Shown: in pieces, positions 48,200 through 61,570 of the stretch
Position numbering within the stretch: position 1 is the first letter of the stretch
Layout of the letters: every line of letters begins with the position of its first letter
Assembly: GCA_030264375.1 (NCBI GenBank)
Contig: JASCQW010000162.1
Location: forward strand, 103,317,332 to 103,381,331
DNA: 64,000 nucleotides
Source: Carcharhinus longimanus
Taxonomy: Eukaryota
Direction: 5' to 3'
Made by a program: the position numbers and the translations under genes
The notes under the pieces: generated by a model
Seen by the model: only the letters and a program-made list of their open reading frames with translations
The model's database searches: none
Told to the model about the DNA's origin: nothing

Positions 48200-50010
48200 T
48201 ACAAAACAGATGATGACTGAATATTTTTCATAATCGAGGAAGAGAACAATGTACAGCAATATAAAGGAAGAAACTCAGTTGATTAAAAAGACAGAAAATA
48301 TTCCAGGAACTAATGGTCCACTCCAATATGCAGTGGAATTGCAGATATGCCAGCCATAATTTTCCAAAGCTCTCTAGATTCTGGAGAATGCTTTCTGGAG
48401 TGTCAAGTTGCAAGCTTCCCACCATTATTTAAGAAGAGATTGTAGGGAAAATCATCAGTTAAAGGAATTTACTCGAAACTATCAGCAGGACAAAGTGGCT
48501 GAGCACTTGAACTATTAGAAGCTCTTCATGGAGAGTCAGCCTGGAGTTGTTAAATGCAGGTTGCTTCTGAATAACTGAATGTTTTGAGAAGATCATTAGC
48601 ATGGTGCCTATGAATGTTGTTCACATGAACCTCAAGAAGGCATTTGATGATGTTCTACTTTTTTCTTCTTTTCTCTTTCTGCACACTAAGGCAGACTTTC
48701 ACTTGTTTCTATAGCTAGTTATTCCTGAAACAGGGGATTGCTAGTCTGTTGCCAGGGGCTTATGAGATGACGAGCGGAATTATGCATCAAATATGGTTGA
48801 TCAGAATTCCCTCCTGCTCTTACTGCCATTGGTGTGTTGGAAGAATTTTGTAGATTTACACTCAACCTGTTTGGCCACATTATGAATGCACCTTCCTTGG
48901 TTATCAAATCCTGGAGTGGGACATGAACCTGGAGTTTCTGGGTCAGAGGCATATGCACTACCCGCCACGCCACAAGACATCCATGAAGTTCTATACATGA
49001 GATTATTGGAAGCTAAATGGGCATGGAATTGGAGATAACCTTCTAACATGGATCAATAATTGATTGGGTTTCAGGTGCCAGATTTGACGTGAAAATCTTG
49101 TCCTCAGATTGCTTGGATGTAACAAGCAGTGGTTGCCCAGGAATCTGTGATGGCCTTGGATGAAAGAATGCAGAATTGTATATCAAAATCTGCAACAACT
49201 CCAAATATGATGGGGAGTGGGAAGTTGTACAAGGTTATAGAGAGACTAACTTTGTAGGAAAATGTATGGCATTTGGCGTTTAACGTAGGTAAGTGGAAGG
49301 GTATACACATTGGATTTGAAACAGAAATTTGGAATATTTTCTTAATGGTGGGAGACTAATCGCTGCAAAGGAGAAAAAGGATATAGGTGTCCATGTATCC
49401 AGATTATTAAATGTTCATTTAAAGGCACAATCAAAAACAAAAGTAACCAAAACGGTGAATAACAAGTTGGAGTTCAAAATTGAGGAAATGATGCTTCTGC
49501 CGCGCAGTCTTAACCAAACCTCATCTGCACTGCAGCATTCAGTTTTGGGCACCAATATGTTGGAATTAGATGGGAAACCGTACAGATTCACCAAATACCA
49601 GGCCTTAAACAGCCACATTATTAGGACAGGATGCATAAACATAATTTTACTTTGCTTGTGCTTAGAATATTGAAGGGTCATCTAATCAATGTATTTAAGA
49701 TGATTACAGGATTTGATAAGAGTAGATACAAATAAGTTATTTCCTGTGGTGGCAGAATCCACAACGACAGAGAGAAATCTTAAATTAAATATTGTATTCA
49801 GGAGTGAATTCTGAACCTCATATAAAAAGTTAAAAACACTAGGTCAGTTTAAATTTTCACGACTGAGATTAATGGACTTTTATTAGGGTAGGAACGGATA
49901 TGGAAAAAAGACAGGCAAATAAAGTCAAGGCACAGATCTGCCATCATGCAACTGAATGGTGGAACATGCTTAAGGCTTTGAATAGCCTAATGCTTTTCAC
50001 ACATTCCTAC
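48200..50010 (+). mobile_element. Highly decayed CR1 LINE (RT and 3' UTR) with nested SINE
   Basis: aagaaggcatttgatgatgtt (KAFD motif), gtggttgcccaggaatctgtg (G.PQGSV-like), CR1-type 3' region. Confidence 0.7.
48715..48978 (-). mobile_element. tRNA-derived SINE (third family)
   Basis: Minus strand gtcttgtggcgtggcgggtagtgcatatgcctctgacccagaaactccaggttcatgtccc has a tRNA-like A/B-box layout. Confidence 0.75.
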
Positions 50011-53000
50011 CTCCGAGACATTAAAAGAACCAAAACCAGCTAAAGGAATAAAAAGACATGAAAAATACCGAGAAAGGAGAAAAGATCCAAAAATTGAAAA
50101 TTAAAAATCCTGCAGGACACAGGAGCTTTTAAATGGTGCAAATGAAGTAAATGGAGTGGAATTTATCCAACGCCAAAGAGAAAAAAGACAGCTGAGGGAT
50201 CAGACTGTGCTCTCCCGCCACAGTCAGAACCACACAAAAGGCATCACCATTTTGATGTGGCTCATTTAAAAAGGAGCAATATTTTCCCATGCTATGTAAT
50301 TATAGTAAAATTTAGCTTCCAGCTTTCAGACATATTTGATTAAAAGCAAAATCCTTGGACAGCCAAGGAATTGCAGGTGAAATTCTGGACAAGAGATGGC
50401 AGTGCAAGCCTAAATATAACCAAACAGCATCACACTTCTGATTGTGTACCATGGCCACATTAACTTTTTCATTCTCATCTACTCCTAACATGAAATTTTA
50501 AAATTAAACACTTGATTTGATTAATCTAACCTCCTGCACCTTTGAGCAGGATTGGGGCAGACTGTGTTCCCTTACAAATTATATGAGATAAATTTGAAGC
50601 AAAAGGTTTTTCACACAAATTTTGCCTTCTCTCATAATTAGCAAAACCATTTTAAGTATCTGAGGCTTTCAGTATTAAGGTTCTTCATTCTACCGAACCC
50701 AAAATGCCTTAGGGTGAAATGCAAATCAAAGAGGAGGAATTGAAACCAGGTCCACTCATTTACATTTGCAAATAATTAGCTATTAGCACACAATTTCATT
50801 AAGTATAATGATAGAAGCTTTTTGTATTTACTGCTGGACATAAATCAATGAATACCTGGAGCAACTGAACATTCATTGACCAATGACCCACAGCACTTAC
50901 AAGCTGTAGGTCAATTTTATTTTCTTGTAAATTAGGTTTCCTCGTGTGGTATTTAAGCTTAATGGTGGAAATGATCACAACTCATTAAGAAAGATTGCTG
51001 GAATTCCAGTTTTTATTTCTCAAAGTCAATGCATTTAAACCTACAGTGCCCACACTTATGACAAAATTAACAAAGGGTAGCAGACTTGAATGTTATATAT
51101 AGCAACATCAGGTTTGAAAATATTCAAGTCTTCACAGTGTTTTGTGCACTTAAACCACTGACCATAGCTTTTGTCCTTGTGTTCTGGGTTTAGAATTGGC
51201 AGAAATCCAGGTGTAAGGAGCAGGGATTTGCAGCATAAAGGCATAAACTGTGTATTCATAAAATTTATCTCTCAAAAAAATTACGACAGATTGTACGAAA
51301 TCCCTATCTGTAAAATCATGCATTACTACACATAAAGCTTCTTTTTAAAATGAACAGAACTTTTCCCTTCCCTCCCTGCAACTTCAATTATGGGGATGGG
51401 AGTGGGGGGTAGAATTGTGACATTGTTATTTCACCTGATCTGACAGTCATTTCAGGAATATGTACATTACTCTTAAATCTGGCACAATGAAAACAGCATG
51501 TGATACAGTTTCCTTAGAAAGAGATTTAAGTGTTCACTTAGCTGACCTTAACCCCACCTATGCCAGCTACTGGATTTTGTATTGCAATACATACAGTAAA
51601 AGGAGGGTGACTTAACTGAAATGCTGCAGTGTACTAATGGGTCAATTATCATTATTTCCTGTATCTTTGGTAGCTAATACACAATGAGTTTCTTGCATTT
51701 TCAGTTTAATTGCAGTTATTATATGTTACATTAATCATGCATAATTTGCTAGCTGAGATGTTCTGTTCTGTTCAGGGTAAAGGAAGTGAAACATTGACAT
51801 AAATTGGATGCTCATTATGATGTTACAGGTGAATATTCAAGGTATCCTCATAGAGATCCAAGGCAGAGCATAAATGTGGAGGTCACCTTCACAATAATGA
51901 ATAGCCTGAAATCAGTCCAAGCGCAGAATGGCCAAGTATGTGTAATGTAACCAAACATTTTCGGGAACAACTTTCTTTTTAAAATGCAGAATGGAGTGAG
52001 GGGTAGTATAAATATGCAGATAATTCTGGAATTGAACCACCTTGGTGCGAAGATTTCAACTGTCTGGCTGAATGGTCTTGCATTTTATTCACAAGATTAA
52101 GTGAGAAATAGTATATCATTAACATGTATGGCAATGAACGAGGATGTAGGTTACATATTCTCATGTACTGTATCACATCAAGGTTTAAAAATTACTAAGG
52201 ATATAGAACATTCACATTTTCAAAAAACATAATACTCAATAACGATTTGCACCTTAGATCCATATTTGATTGCAGATGAATAAGAGTATTCCAATGCAGT
52301 CTATTTGAAGTGTTGCTATCTTTTTATAATGTGAGGTTTGAGGTGGCAGATTATCAGACAGTATCATTCATCAATCACATGAGCATCCAACTCCACAATT
52401 TTGTGACTGACTAATTCTTCTAGGGGAACCAATCTCAATGTAAAATGCTTTTTTCATATAGTAAATTTCAGCATTTGTGATTTAAATAGCTCCCATTTTT
52501 ATATTTCACAGGCATTGGAGAAAGATACCAAGCATATGAATATTGTTCCACAGGAAAATTAATTCCATCCCACTTACAAATTAAAAGCATGTTTCCTATG
52601 TGTTGTAGGAGTAATGTTGTACAATGTAGCATAGCAACCATGAGAAATTACTGGTGGTAACTAGGCAGTTATTCATGGTTGTTATGACTGAAATTCTGTG
52701 GAGAATATGCAATGGCAGAAGTTAAGACTTCTGATATAAGATGTCCATTTTCACTAATAAATATCCACATAATTAACTATGATAATTAGTTTAAAGGAGG
52801 GTGTATCAATTCAATTTTAGGACATCCTTTTGGAGGATTATTTATGATCATCATGAAATACAATTATAATTTTGCCATGAACAGTGAACACTATAAATCT
52901 TCCCCATGGTTAATTAAACTTCATTCTTTCTTGAGACACCAAGGAAGGTTTTTGAAAACTATCAGTATCATAAATTTTCAAAAGATCCCCATGTAAAAAC

Positions 53001-56000
53001 TGGTTAATTGTGGAAATCATTAAAAATAGCATTTGAAATGCCATGGAAAATACAGTAAAATGTGGCCAAATTGGCAATTAGAACAGTTGTTCAGTTCTGA
53101 AATGATTTGGGACTAGATTTATTGTCCACGTGTACAATTCCTAGAATGAGAGTGTGCTATTTTAGCATTCCCCACTTTTGCACCAAGGTTGAATCAGTAA
53201 TCATAAGGTCCTGATTACATTAATCTCTTTTATTCAATTCATTATGTCATTGGCAGTGGCCCAGAGTTTTCTCTAGGTTTAGCAGATCGATGTAATATTT
53301 CATAAAAGGCAGACATTAGAAATATTAAATGTTTTAGACAAATGACAAACTTCAAAAGAGTGGACTGAAAATTCAATATTGGATCTTCTGTAGTGTGACA
53401 CGAAATCTAAGATTGTTTAGCCAGCTTGTTTCAAATCTAACCTAAAGTGAATTCAAAAGTAAAGGATTATATGCATTAACAAATGAGTTTTATTACATGA
53501 GGTGGAACATTGTGATCCCTGCCAGCCAGTTTGAAAGGGGAGGGAGCTCCTAAAATGCAGCATGTGGCCTGCCCACCCACTCACCTGTCTGAACCTGTCT
53601 CCTATTATATGGGGAAGGCGGGAGAGATGTCAAGTAATTGATCCACCCTTGTGCCTATTGAGGCATTAAGTGATCAATAAATGACCACTTAATGCTTCAT
53701 TCCACCCCTCAGCTATTTTATCCATGCTAAGGGAGGCCCACACCAGATGGGTAGCTCAGCAGCTTTTACTGGGCAAAGTAGTGGTGGGTAAGAGGGGAGG
53801 GAGAAGTACTTCATTTGGAAGTCACCTGTGCCCACCAGATGGGCAGCTGTGCCCACCTCTTTAGCCTTCACCCATCAGACTATCAAACCCACCCTTCACA
53901 CCACTCACTGGCCCCTCTGATTTACTCAAAGTCTGACTTTTATTATCTCCTATACTTTGGAGACTGTCTGTATGAAATGGCCCATCCTGGAATAAGCTTG
54001 CACCTTTATCACTTGAGAACAGAAATGCAGATTTCCTGCCTTTAAAAGAAAAATGTTTTATGTTCACCAGCATTTTCTGAATACATCTGACGGTCTGCCA
54101 AGGAGTTTGACAATATTTTGCAGATGGTGGAGCGCTCTGTTTCCAACTTGTGTGGAGCTCTGGTACATCTACTGCCATATCACAGTCAATCATGGCATGT
54201 TGGGTCACCTCAGTGAGTGTTGCAGCTGTGCACTCCTTGCAGAAGTTAGTAGCACCAGAAGAATTGTCTCTTTGGGATGCTTCTGACTTCACCATCCCTT
54301 CTGCTCTCAACAGGCCGTGTGACTGAATGGATAGGAACTTTGCCAGATCATGGATCTCTTACAGTCAACTCCCTTGCTGACTAGTGGGACTAGTGAATCG
54401 CAATCCATCATAAGGGACATTGTTGTGCAAGGGAATTGGAAAATGCTGCTCTCTACAGGATGACAGTGGGTCTGCATTCTTGCCATCCCTTCAACCAATG
54501 ATTTCTCCAATGTTAGAAAGCCAGCTAAGTCAGACTTACTGGGCAGGTACCAATTTCTTGCAACCTGCCAAGGTCCTATCATGCCTTGAGCTCCAAAGAT
54601 TTCCAAACATAAACAGTTATGAGCACCATCTGAGTAACAGCAGCCTTTCACGTCTTCACTACCCACTCCCCCTCACTGGGGAGTACTTCAGTCAAACAGT
54701 AATGTAGATAAGAGATCACTTAAGAAAGGTACTTCTCAACTTGGGTGATAGAATGTAGGTTTTTCTGTAAGGCAGAAAAAAGATAAATCTATTTGAAATC
54801 TTTGTTTGAAGACTGCTTCTGTAATAGCTTTTGGGCCCGTAATGCTAACTGACACCAGTATGGACATTGGCGGATATGGTTTATCGAAGGATGGGTGATG
54901 ATGGACAAGACTTAACAGAGATAAGCAGGGATTGTTCCGCTGATGTAGTCTTCAATGAGTTCTGGATACAGCAGGTGTTGGAGTTTTCTCCTTTGTCATC
55001 CTTTATGCAACCAGGTCTCTTTAAAAATGACCAAGGTCCTCATTCAGTGATGCTTCCATTTCCCTTAGAAAAATGTGGTGTCGCATAGAGGAAACCACTG
55101 TCACGGAGAAAAGTCCTGCTGGGTTGTAGTGAAAGACAGTCGACATGTCCAGGCAACCAATGCAGCTTGAGAACTACAGTCTTTTGCAGACTGTGAACTC
55201 GAACTGAACTGTGGCCAAGATTTCCACCCTAGTGTTGTAGTGAAAATGGTGGATGACTCTGCAAATTCTGAACACAGCATTTCTTATTTTTGCACTAGTT
55301 GGATTGGAGTTAGGCTGGGGTTCACATAGGTATGATTTATGGAGGCAGTTGGCCATTTAAGTTATTAACTGCCTCCGTTGAAATAGGATTTTTGAAGGCC
55401 AAGAATGTGAAACTCAACATGTGCAGATAGGACCAGGTAAGAGCTGGTCTGAACTTGGTGAATTCATATGGATAGCCAGGGTACCCCTTTGGAGCGGGAC
55501 GAATTTAAAACTTGCCTTCCCTACAATATAATAATACACCTCAAGGAGCAGAAGGTAACCTCAGCAAGGGTCATCGCAGTTATGGCTCAGCACCATGAAC
55601 TGACTGTCAAACTGTTGGCCTACAACGGACTTATGTCAGGTAGTTCATATCAGCAAGGAAAGGATAAGGGAGAGATGGAAAGGGTGGAAGTAGGTCACAA
55701 ATGAAAAGGAGAGTAGGGAAAACAGGACAAACCAATTTTTGANNNNNNNNNNNNNNNNNNNNNNNNNNNNNNNNNNNNNNNNNNNNNNNNNNNNNNNNNN
55801 NNNNNNNNNNNNNNNNNNNNNNNNNNNNNNNNNNNNNNNNNNCCAATTTTTGACTTTTAAAAGGGGTTTGGAAAACAAACCAGCAAGGCCATGTCCAGTT
55901 TGATTTCTATATGGCCAGTCAGGGTGTGTCAAGGAGAACAGCTGCTATACCCAGAGAATCACATGGAACATTATGACACAGTCCATGTCTAGAGTCATGA

Positions 56001-57030
56001 AAGCAAACACAGCAGATGGTGTAGATATCCTTAGAGATTTCATTTTCAAGAGCAAAATGGTTCTTAATGTTTCCGAGAAACTGGAAAAGGAAATTAGCAT
56101 TCTCCAAGATACAAGGTGCTCACAGACACTGCTGATGGGGAAAATTGAAGATTTCTTCTGCAGATGCAGAACAAATTGCAGTGTACTTAGTCAAGTTGAA
56201 AGACTCACTGGAGAATGTACTGATGTACAATCTGTAAAATAAATCACTTAACAGAGTAGACTTGTTAAGGGGCTGAAATGGTGGATGTAATCTCAACCTT
56301 ACTCATGTGGTCAACATTTTATTGTGAGATGATCTGGACGGTGTAACCTCCAAATGTTCAAGGACAGTTCAAAAAGAAATGCAGAGGCTGAAGAAAAACT
56401 GCAGAATTTGGCAGAAAACTAAAATAAGCCCTGAGGGGAGGCAGTATGGGTGGTGAAACGTGTGAGAGTTGAAGGGGCTCAGGAGAAACCATGTGAGTCA
56501 AAAGAGGTCAGAAACAGACCAGTGGAAGTAAAAAAAAGATGAAGGAAGGATCCATGGAATTTAAAAAGGCTTGAATGAGTGACCCCAAAATCTGGTTGGC
56601 AGACAGTTCCTTCTCGGAGTTAAACAGAGACCAGGGAAGTTCTAAAGCAGACAAACAGATAATCATCCAGTTGAAGTGCCTTATGGCAGGGCAGCAGAAG
56701 CTAGCCAGCCACCTGTAAGGAGGGGTGTCCCAAAAGACATGGGAGATCAACCCAACTCTACAGTAATTGAACTGGGGAAATCATTACACCTTAAGCCAAA
56801 CCACACTTGTAACAAGTCAAAAGCAAGTTCAGATGGCACTGACACCTCCCAGGATCAGAAACAAATGCACCCCATTCCATCACCCTAGAAATACAATTCC
56901 TCAGTGAGCTGATATCTGAGATAACAAGTTCCGACATTTTAGACACAGTCAGGCAACGGCTTTGCAACATCTTTCTGCAGTTCAACAACTTAATTTGCAT
57001 ATTAAAAGCCTTTGAATCCAACCATTAGAA

Positions 57031-57190
57031 TTTCCAACCATTATTTTGTAAATTGAGTTTGTGTCTTTATATGCCCTGTTTGTGAACTGAAATCCCACTT
57101 ACCTGATGAGGGAGCAGAGCTCCGAAAGCTAGTGGCTTGTGCTACCAAATAAACCTGTTGGACTTTAACCTGGTGTTGAGAGACTTCTTC
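57031..57190 (+). mobile_element. Penelope-like element terminal (pLTR) fragment
   Basis: cccacttacctgatgagggagcagagctccgaaagctagtggcttgtgctaccaaataaacctgttggactttaacctggtgttg. Confidence 0.8.
57098..57136 (+). ncRNA. Minimal type I hammerhead ribozyme motif
   Basis: CUGAUGA (57103-57109), stem II GGAGC/AGA/GCUCC, GAAA (57124-57127), palindromic AGCU, then A, then GUG able to pair with upstream UAC. Confidence 0.7.
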
Positions 57191-58540
57191 CCTAGTCAAT
57201 GACACAGTACACTTGGCTAAAAAACTGCAGTTTGTGTAAATCCCAATGTTCAATCTTGCTGTCTTCAGATTTCTAGATGGAATATGATGAAATTGGCATA
57301 AATCACCTACGTAATGCAGGCATTAACTTCAGATTGACTGATGCTGCTGATATCCACGATGGAGTCTGCCACAAGCCAGAAGTAAAAAAGTTGAGGCTCT
57401 ATGCAAACCTTGTTTGAATTAGGCAAGCAGTGCCAGCTGTGGTAATAAGTTGCTGGTCTTGTTGAAGGAGGTGGCAAGAGGACTGGTCTGGGACAGGCTC
57501 CCCGTGGAAGAACAGAATCCTTCTGCAGCACTCCTCTAAAAAGAACAAGCATGTAACTCTGACCTACATACCCTACAGGTTTAGGGAGGGTAAGATTTCC
57601 AATGAGCATCTCTGACTTCCGTGTTCTCTCTGCAGTTGCTGCTGCTCCTCTTCCACTATCCCAGAGTGGAATGGTTGAAACGGTTAAATTTTTAAGGAGT
57701 AAAAGTACTCCAGCTACACCACTGCGCTTTTTGAATGTTGAAGCAAAGATCAGAAATTTCATACCCCAAAAACAACCAAAAAAGACAAGCAACCAACTGT
57801 CAAGTGTTGACATTGTTAAAATGTAAGTAAGTGAGTTCCTCCTTAAAATCTCTCTTGGTGCTGATTGTGATATTGATCGTAATTTACATAATCATTAAGT
57901 GCGCACCTGTTTCTAAGGGAGAACTACCTGTTTAAATCAAGGCCCACTTGAAAACTGCCATAGACCGACCTCTGGCTGAACGTTGGCAATTTTATCTCCC
58001 ACTTTTAGCAATGTCACTATCTCATTTGTGCCAAAAAAAGAGGCATTTGGGAGACAGAAATTGGCCCCATTATTTCCTACAAATCTGCAAATGAGTGACA
58101 TAAACATTTCTCAATGTTCTGTGTTGGACTAATTAGATCTGAAGAGTGAAGCAACATACTGGAGTAAAGACAAAACCTGGCAGAGCATTTTTAAGATTCT
58201 GTAATGATAATCTTGTGTCCATGATCCTAGCAGTAATACCACTTAAGCAATGCTTCAAAAAAAAAAGGTAGCTTCAAAACACTTAGAATTCAAGTTGCCA
58301 ATGTCATTTAAGGAGGAACATATTANNNNNNNNNNNNNNNNNNNNNNNNNNNNNNNNNNNNNNNNNNNNNNNNNNNNNNNNNNNNNNNNNNNNNNNNNNN
58401 NNNNNNNNNNNNNNNNNNNNNNNNNNNNNNNNNNNNNNNNNNNNNNNNNNNNNNNNNNNNNNNNNNNNNNNNNNNNNNNNNNNNNNNNNNNNNNNNNNNN
58501 NNNNNNNNNNNNNNNNNNNNNNNNNNNNNNNNNNNNNNNN

Positions 58541-58620
58541 CCTGCGGCACACCACTGGTCACTGGCCTCCAGCTGGACAAAGTCCCCTCCACAACTACCC
58601 TCTGTCTCCTATTACCCTTT
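58541..58620 (-). mobile_element. CR1 RT fragment running into N gap
   Basis: QRVVVEGTLSSWRPVTSGVPQ. Confidence 0.85.
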
Positions 58621-58624
58621 CGGG

Positions 58625-59318
58625 AAGGCCCACTGGATTATGTGCCTCTCGGGCACTTAACTGGGCACTTCTTCGAGTTCAAGGATCCTAGGGGTGGAAG
58701 TCCTGTCCACCAAGAGTTCCCAGCTAATCAGAGATCAGCAACTCTATTGAGCGGCTGCGCCAGTGGGGAATCAGTGGTTGCTGAGTGTATGACACCCTAA
58801 TATTATTGCTAAATCCCAGGATGTGGGCGAATGATGAGTTGCAGGGGGTCAGGAGGGGGATTGGCAGCAAGGGCAGGGGACGGGGGTCAGCAACAACAGT
58901 GGTGGGGTGGCTCTCAGCAGGGCCCCTCCCACTTTCCCATGCCATGTTTGTCAATCAGACACTGAGGGACCCCCCCACGCCCCCCAACCCCCACCTGGGA
59001 GCCTGCAAGCAACCTTGCACTAATTTGTTTGTCATGCTCCTTACATGGCCTCCCTGCCCCACCCACGCACCCACCACTGAGTTAATGCCAGTCATAGCAG
59101 GATGTGACCTTTAAGTGGCCATTAGTATTTAATTTAGGGTATAAATTGGCAGCAAGGCATGAATGGTGTCCATGAATCTTCATGCACAAGACTTACATTA
59201 GGTTGTAGATGGAAACGCAGAGGCAGGGAAACATCCAACCTATCACTCTCCTCCTGCCTGATTAAATGTGTCCCACAATAAAACTGGCCAGGAAGGGAGG
59301 GCATTAAATTCTGCCCAT
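58625..59318. mobile_element. GC-rich Harbinger-like non-autonomous element fragment
   Basis: Ends in taaattctgccc, the TIR type seen elsewhere; ttaagtggcc/ggcacttaa internal motifs. Confidence 0.5.
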
Positions 59319-59512
59319 GATTTCCAGAATATCTGCTTTCAAAAAGAATCAAGAACTTGGCAACATGAAACTATAACTTGGGTGAAAAATGAAATTACAA
59401 AACGTTTGTAAAAATGGGGCAACATCATTGCCCCTTGAAAAAACAAATCTGAATAATGATTATTTAACTGAATTTTAAAATTTTGTTTGAAGGCTATATG
59501 TTGAAAACATTT

Positions 59513-59703
59513 GGTGAAATCTTGGTCCCATTCACGCTAGCAGGATCTTAAGGTCCTGCCAACAACGTTTCCCCGTGGCGAGCGGTATACTTGACGGGAA
59601 ACCCTATTGACAAAGATGGGACCTTAAGATCCAAACTTTAGCAAGCATGCGCCGCCTCCCACCACTGCGAAACATGCCACAGAGTGGGAGAAAAATTCCG
59701 CCA
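59513..59703. mobile_element. MITE (Harbinger-like)
   Basis: ggtgaaatctt ... aaaattccgccc; internal inverted pair ggatcttaaggtcc / ggaccttaagatcc. Confidence 0.7.
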
Positions 59704-61283
59704 ATCGTTAGGGGAACCAGAAACACAACTCATTGACCTAGGGAGTAAGGGTAAGAAGGGCTCATAACCCTGATTTAGTAATAATAAGTACAATTACTTC
59801 AAGAGTATATGCTACTTCCACTTGCTTATTCTGTTGAGCACAGACACTTCTTCCAGCTAATTCTCCAATAAAAAGATTGATAAACAAACAGTAAAGATTT
59901 TCTTAAATTATTTCATGAGTAAGAACTGGTTGTTCAGTTTTTAATAAAAGATGAAAGCTTTCTCCAATACTATCAGTGCTGGTTTCAGATTGTTGTAAGC
60001 AATTAGCATAATCACTGCCATTTCCTACATATAACCTTAACTAATAAGATATGATTGTTCACTTCTGTCTTTTGCTCTTTTGCTAATTCAAACTGTAAAA
60101 GAAATCACAGCAAGATGTTTTTCCTCCCTTGTGTTAAGTGGTTTAATCTTCAGTATTTCTCTGCGGGAAGACTATTGATGCCATGTACTTGTCACTTCCC
60201 ACTTATAAATCTTCCTGGCTGGAAATTACAATGAACAATGAAAGCTCTCCACTGCACCAGCACTTGTTCAGAAATTATGACAAAAGGTCAAATTGATCCA
60301 GACTGAAAGATGGTGTCTCACTGTCAATAACTTTTCTTTGGAAGTAAAAATACAAGATTACCTGCATTAAGAAATAAGTGATGGGGAAAAATAATGGTCT
60401 ATAGACACAAATTAAGTGATTATGCAAGACACCATATTACAAATCAATTAATAACTCAAAAAAATTGCTATGAATTTGATCTGTTCTGAATGTTAATGGA
60501 GACTGCAAATGTGCACACTGGAACATGGCACAGAGTTCAGTATGTGTCAAATAAAATATTGAGTTAGAGTTAATATGCAAAATCTCAAGACAATACTGTC
60601 AGGAAATGTAAGTAGAGTAAGAGACTTATTTTCCAATGTATTTTTTAAAATCGAGGGGTTGAAAATTCCTGAACATGCTATATTACCTGGTTTATCCTAG
60701 AATTCTGGAATGAAACATGCAAAATATCTACAGATTCCAAATGAATCAGAAAAACCTTAATTTAAATATGTGCACGATTTTTGCAATAGATTGGCAATCT
60801 GCCTTTGGGCTGCCTGTTTCTAAATTAGGTAAGAACAATCATTTTATAACACCTGTTTTTTGTAACATCAGAGTGATCCTTGACACTAAACTGGAAATAT
60901 ACTTTGCAAGTGCATGTGACAGACACATACCTTCATTACGTGGTGATGTCATCGGATGTGCAACTGTACCTTTGTTTCACACAATTTTTAACCTTTTCAT
61001 GTTGGAATCCAAAAGAGGTAAAAGTAGCTTTAAACTAGAAAACTAGTTGCAAATTGCTTTGGATGTGAATACATGAGCATGTTATCTACTATTTATTGTG
61101 ACTACTTAGCAATCAGAATTTTTAATGCTATTTGTGACAGATTACATGACTCTGGAGCTGATGTGCTTCTTTGTTGTGGACCTCCAGTCTTAAATTCATT
61201 ACACACAGAATGAGATAACTTGGTCCACTGACTTAATGCCAGCTCTCTGTAAAGCAAGCCAATCAATCCCATTGTCCTGATCT

Positions 61284-61570
61284 AAAGTAAAGTTTATTTA
61301 TTAGTCACAAGTAAGGCTTACATTAACACTGCAATGAAGTTATTGCGAAATTCCCCTAGTCGCCACAGTCTGGTGCCTGTTCGGGTCAGTGCACCTAACC
61401 AGCATGTCTTCTGGACTGTGAGAGGAAACCAGAGCACTCAGAGAAAATCCACGCAGACACAGGGAGAACATGCAAACTTCGCACAGACAATGGCCCAAGT
61501 CGGGAATCGAATCCGGGTCCCTGGCACTGGGAGGCAGCAGTGCTAACCACTGTGCCATCATGCCACCCCC
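61284..61570 (-). mobile_element. V-SINE variant, near full length
   Basis: Minus strand gggtggcatgatggcacagtggttagcactgctgcctcccagtgccagggacccggattcgattccc (tRNA head), V core and tail. Confidence 0.92.

Larger units (their letters stand above)
53950..57830 (-). mobile_element. Very old L1/Tx1-like LINE remnant (tentative)
   Basis: Minus strand order: EN-like start MQIKLLNCRKM...DISSLRNC (~57000), SYLHMLSFTF and KIRNAVFRIC (55430-55260), C-terminal CKEC..(10)..HAMIDC zinc knuckle (~54200); many stops; RT core not recognised. Confidence 0.4.

Noticed and set aside
61490-61570. tRNA-like sequences (also ~8005, ~14290, ~48920)
   Set aside because: SINE heads with A/B boxes that run directly into SINE bodies; no complete cloverleaf
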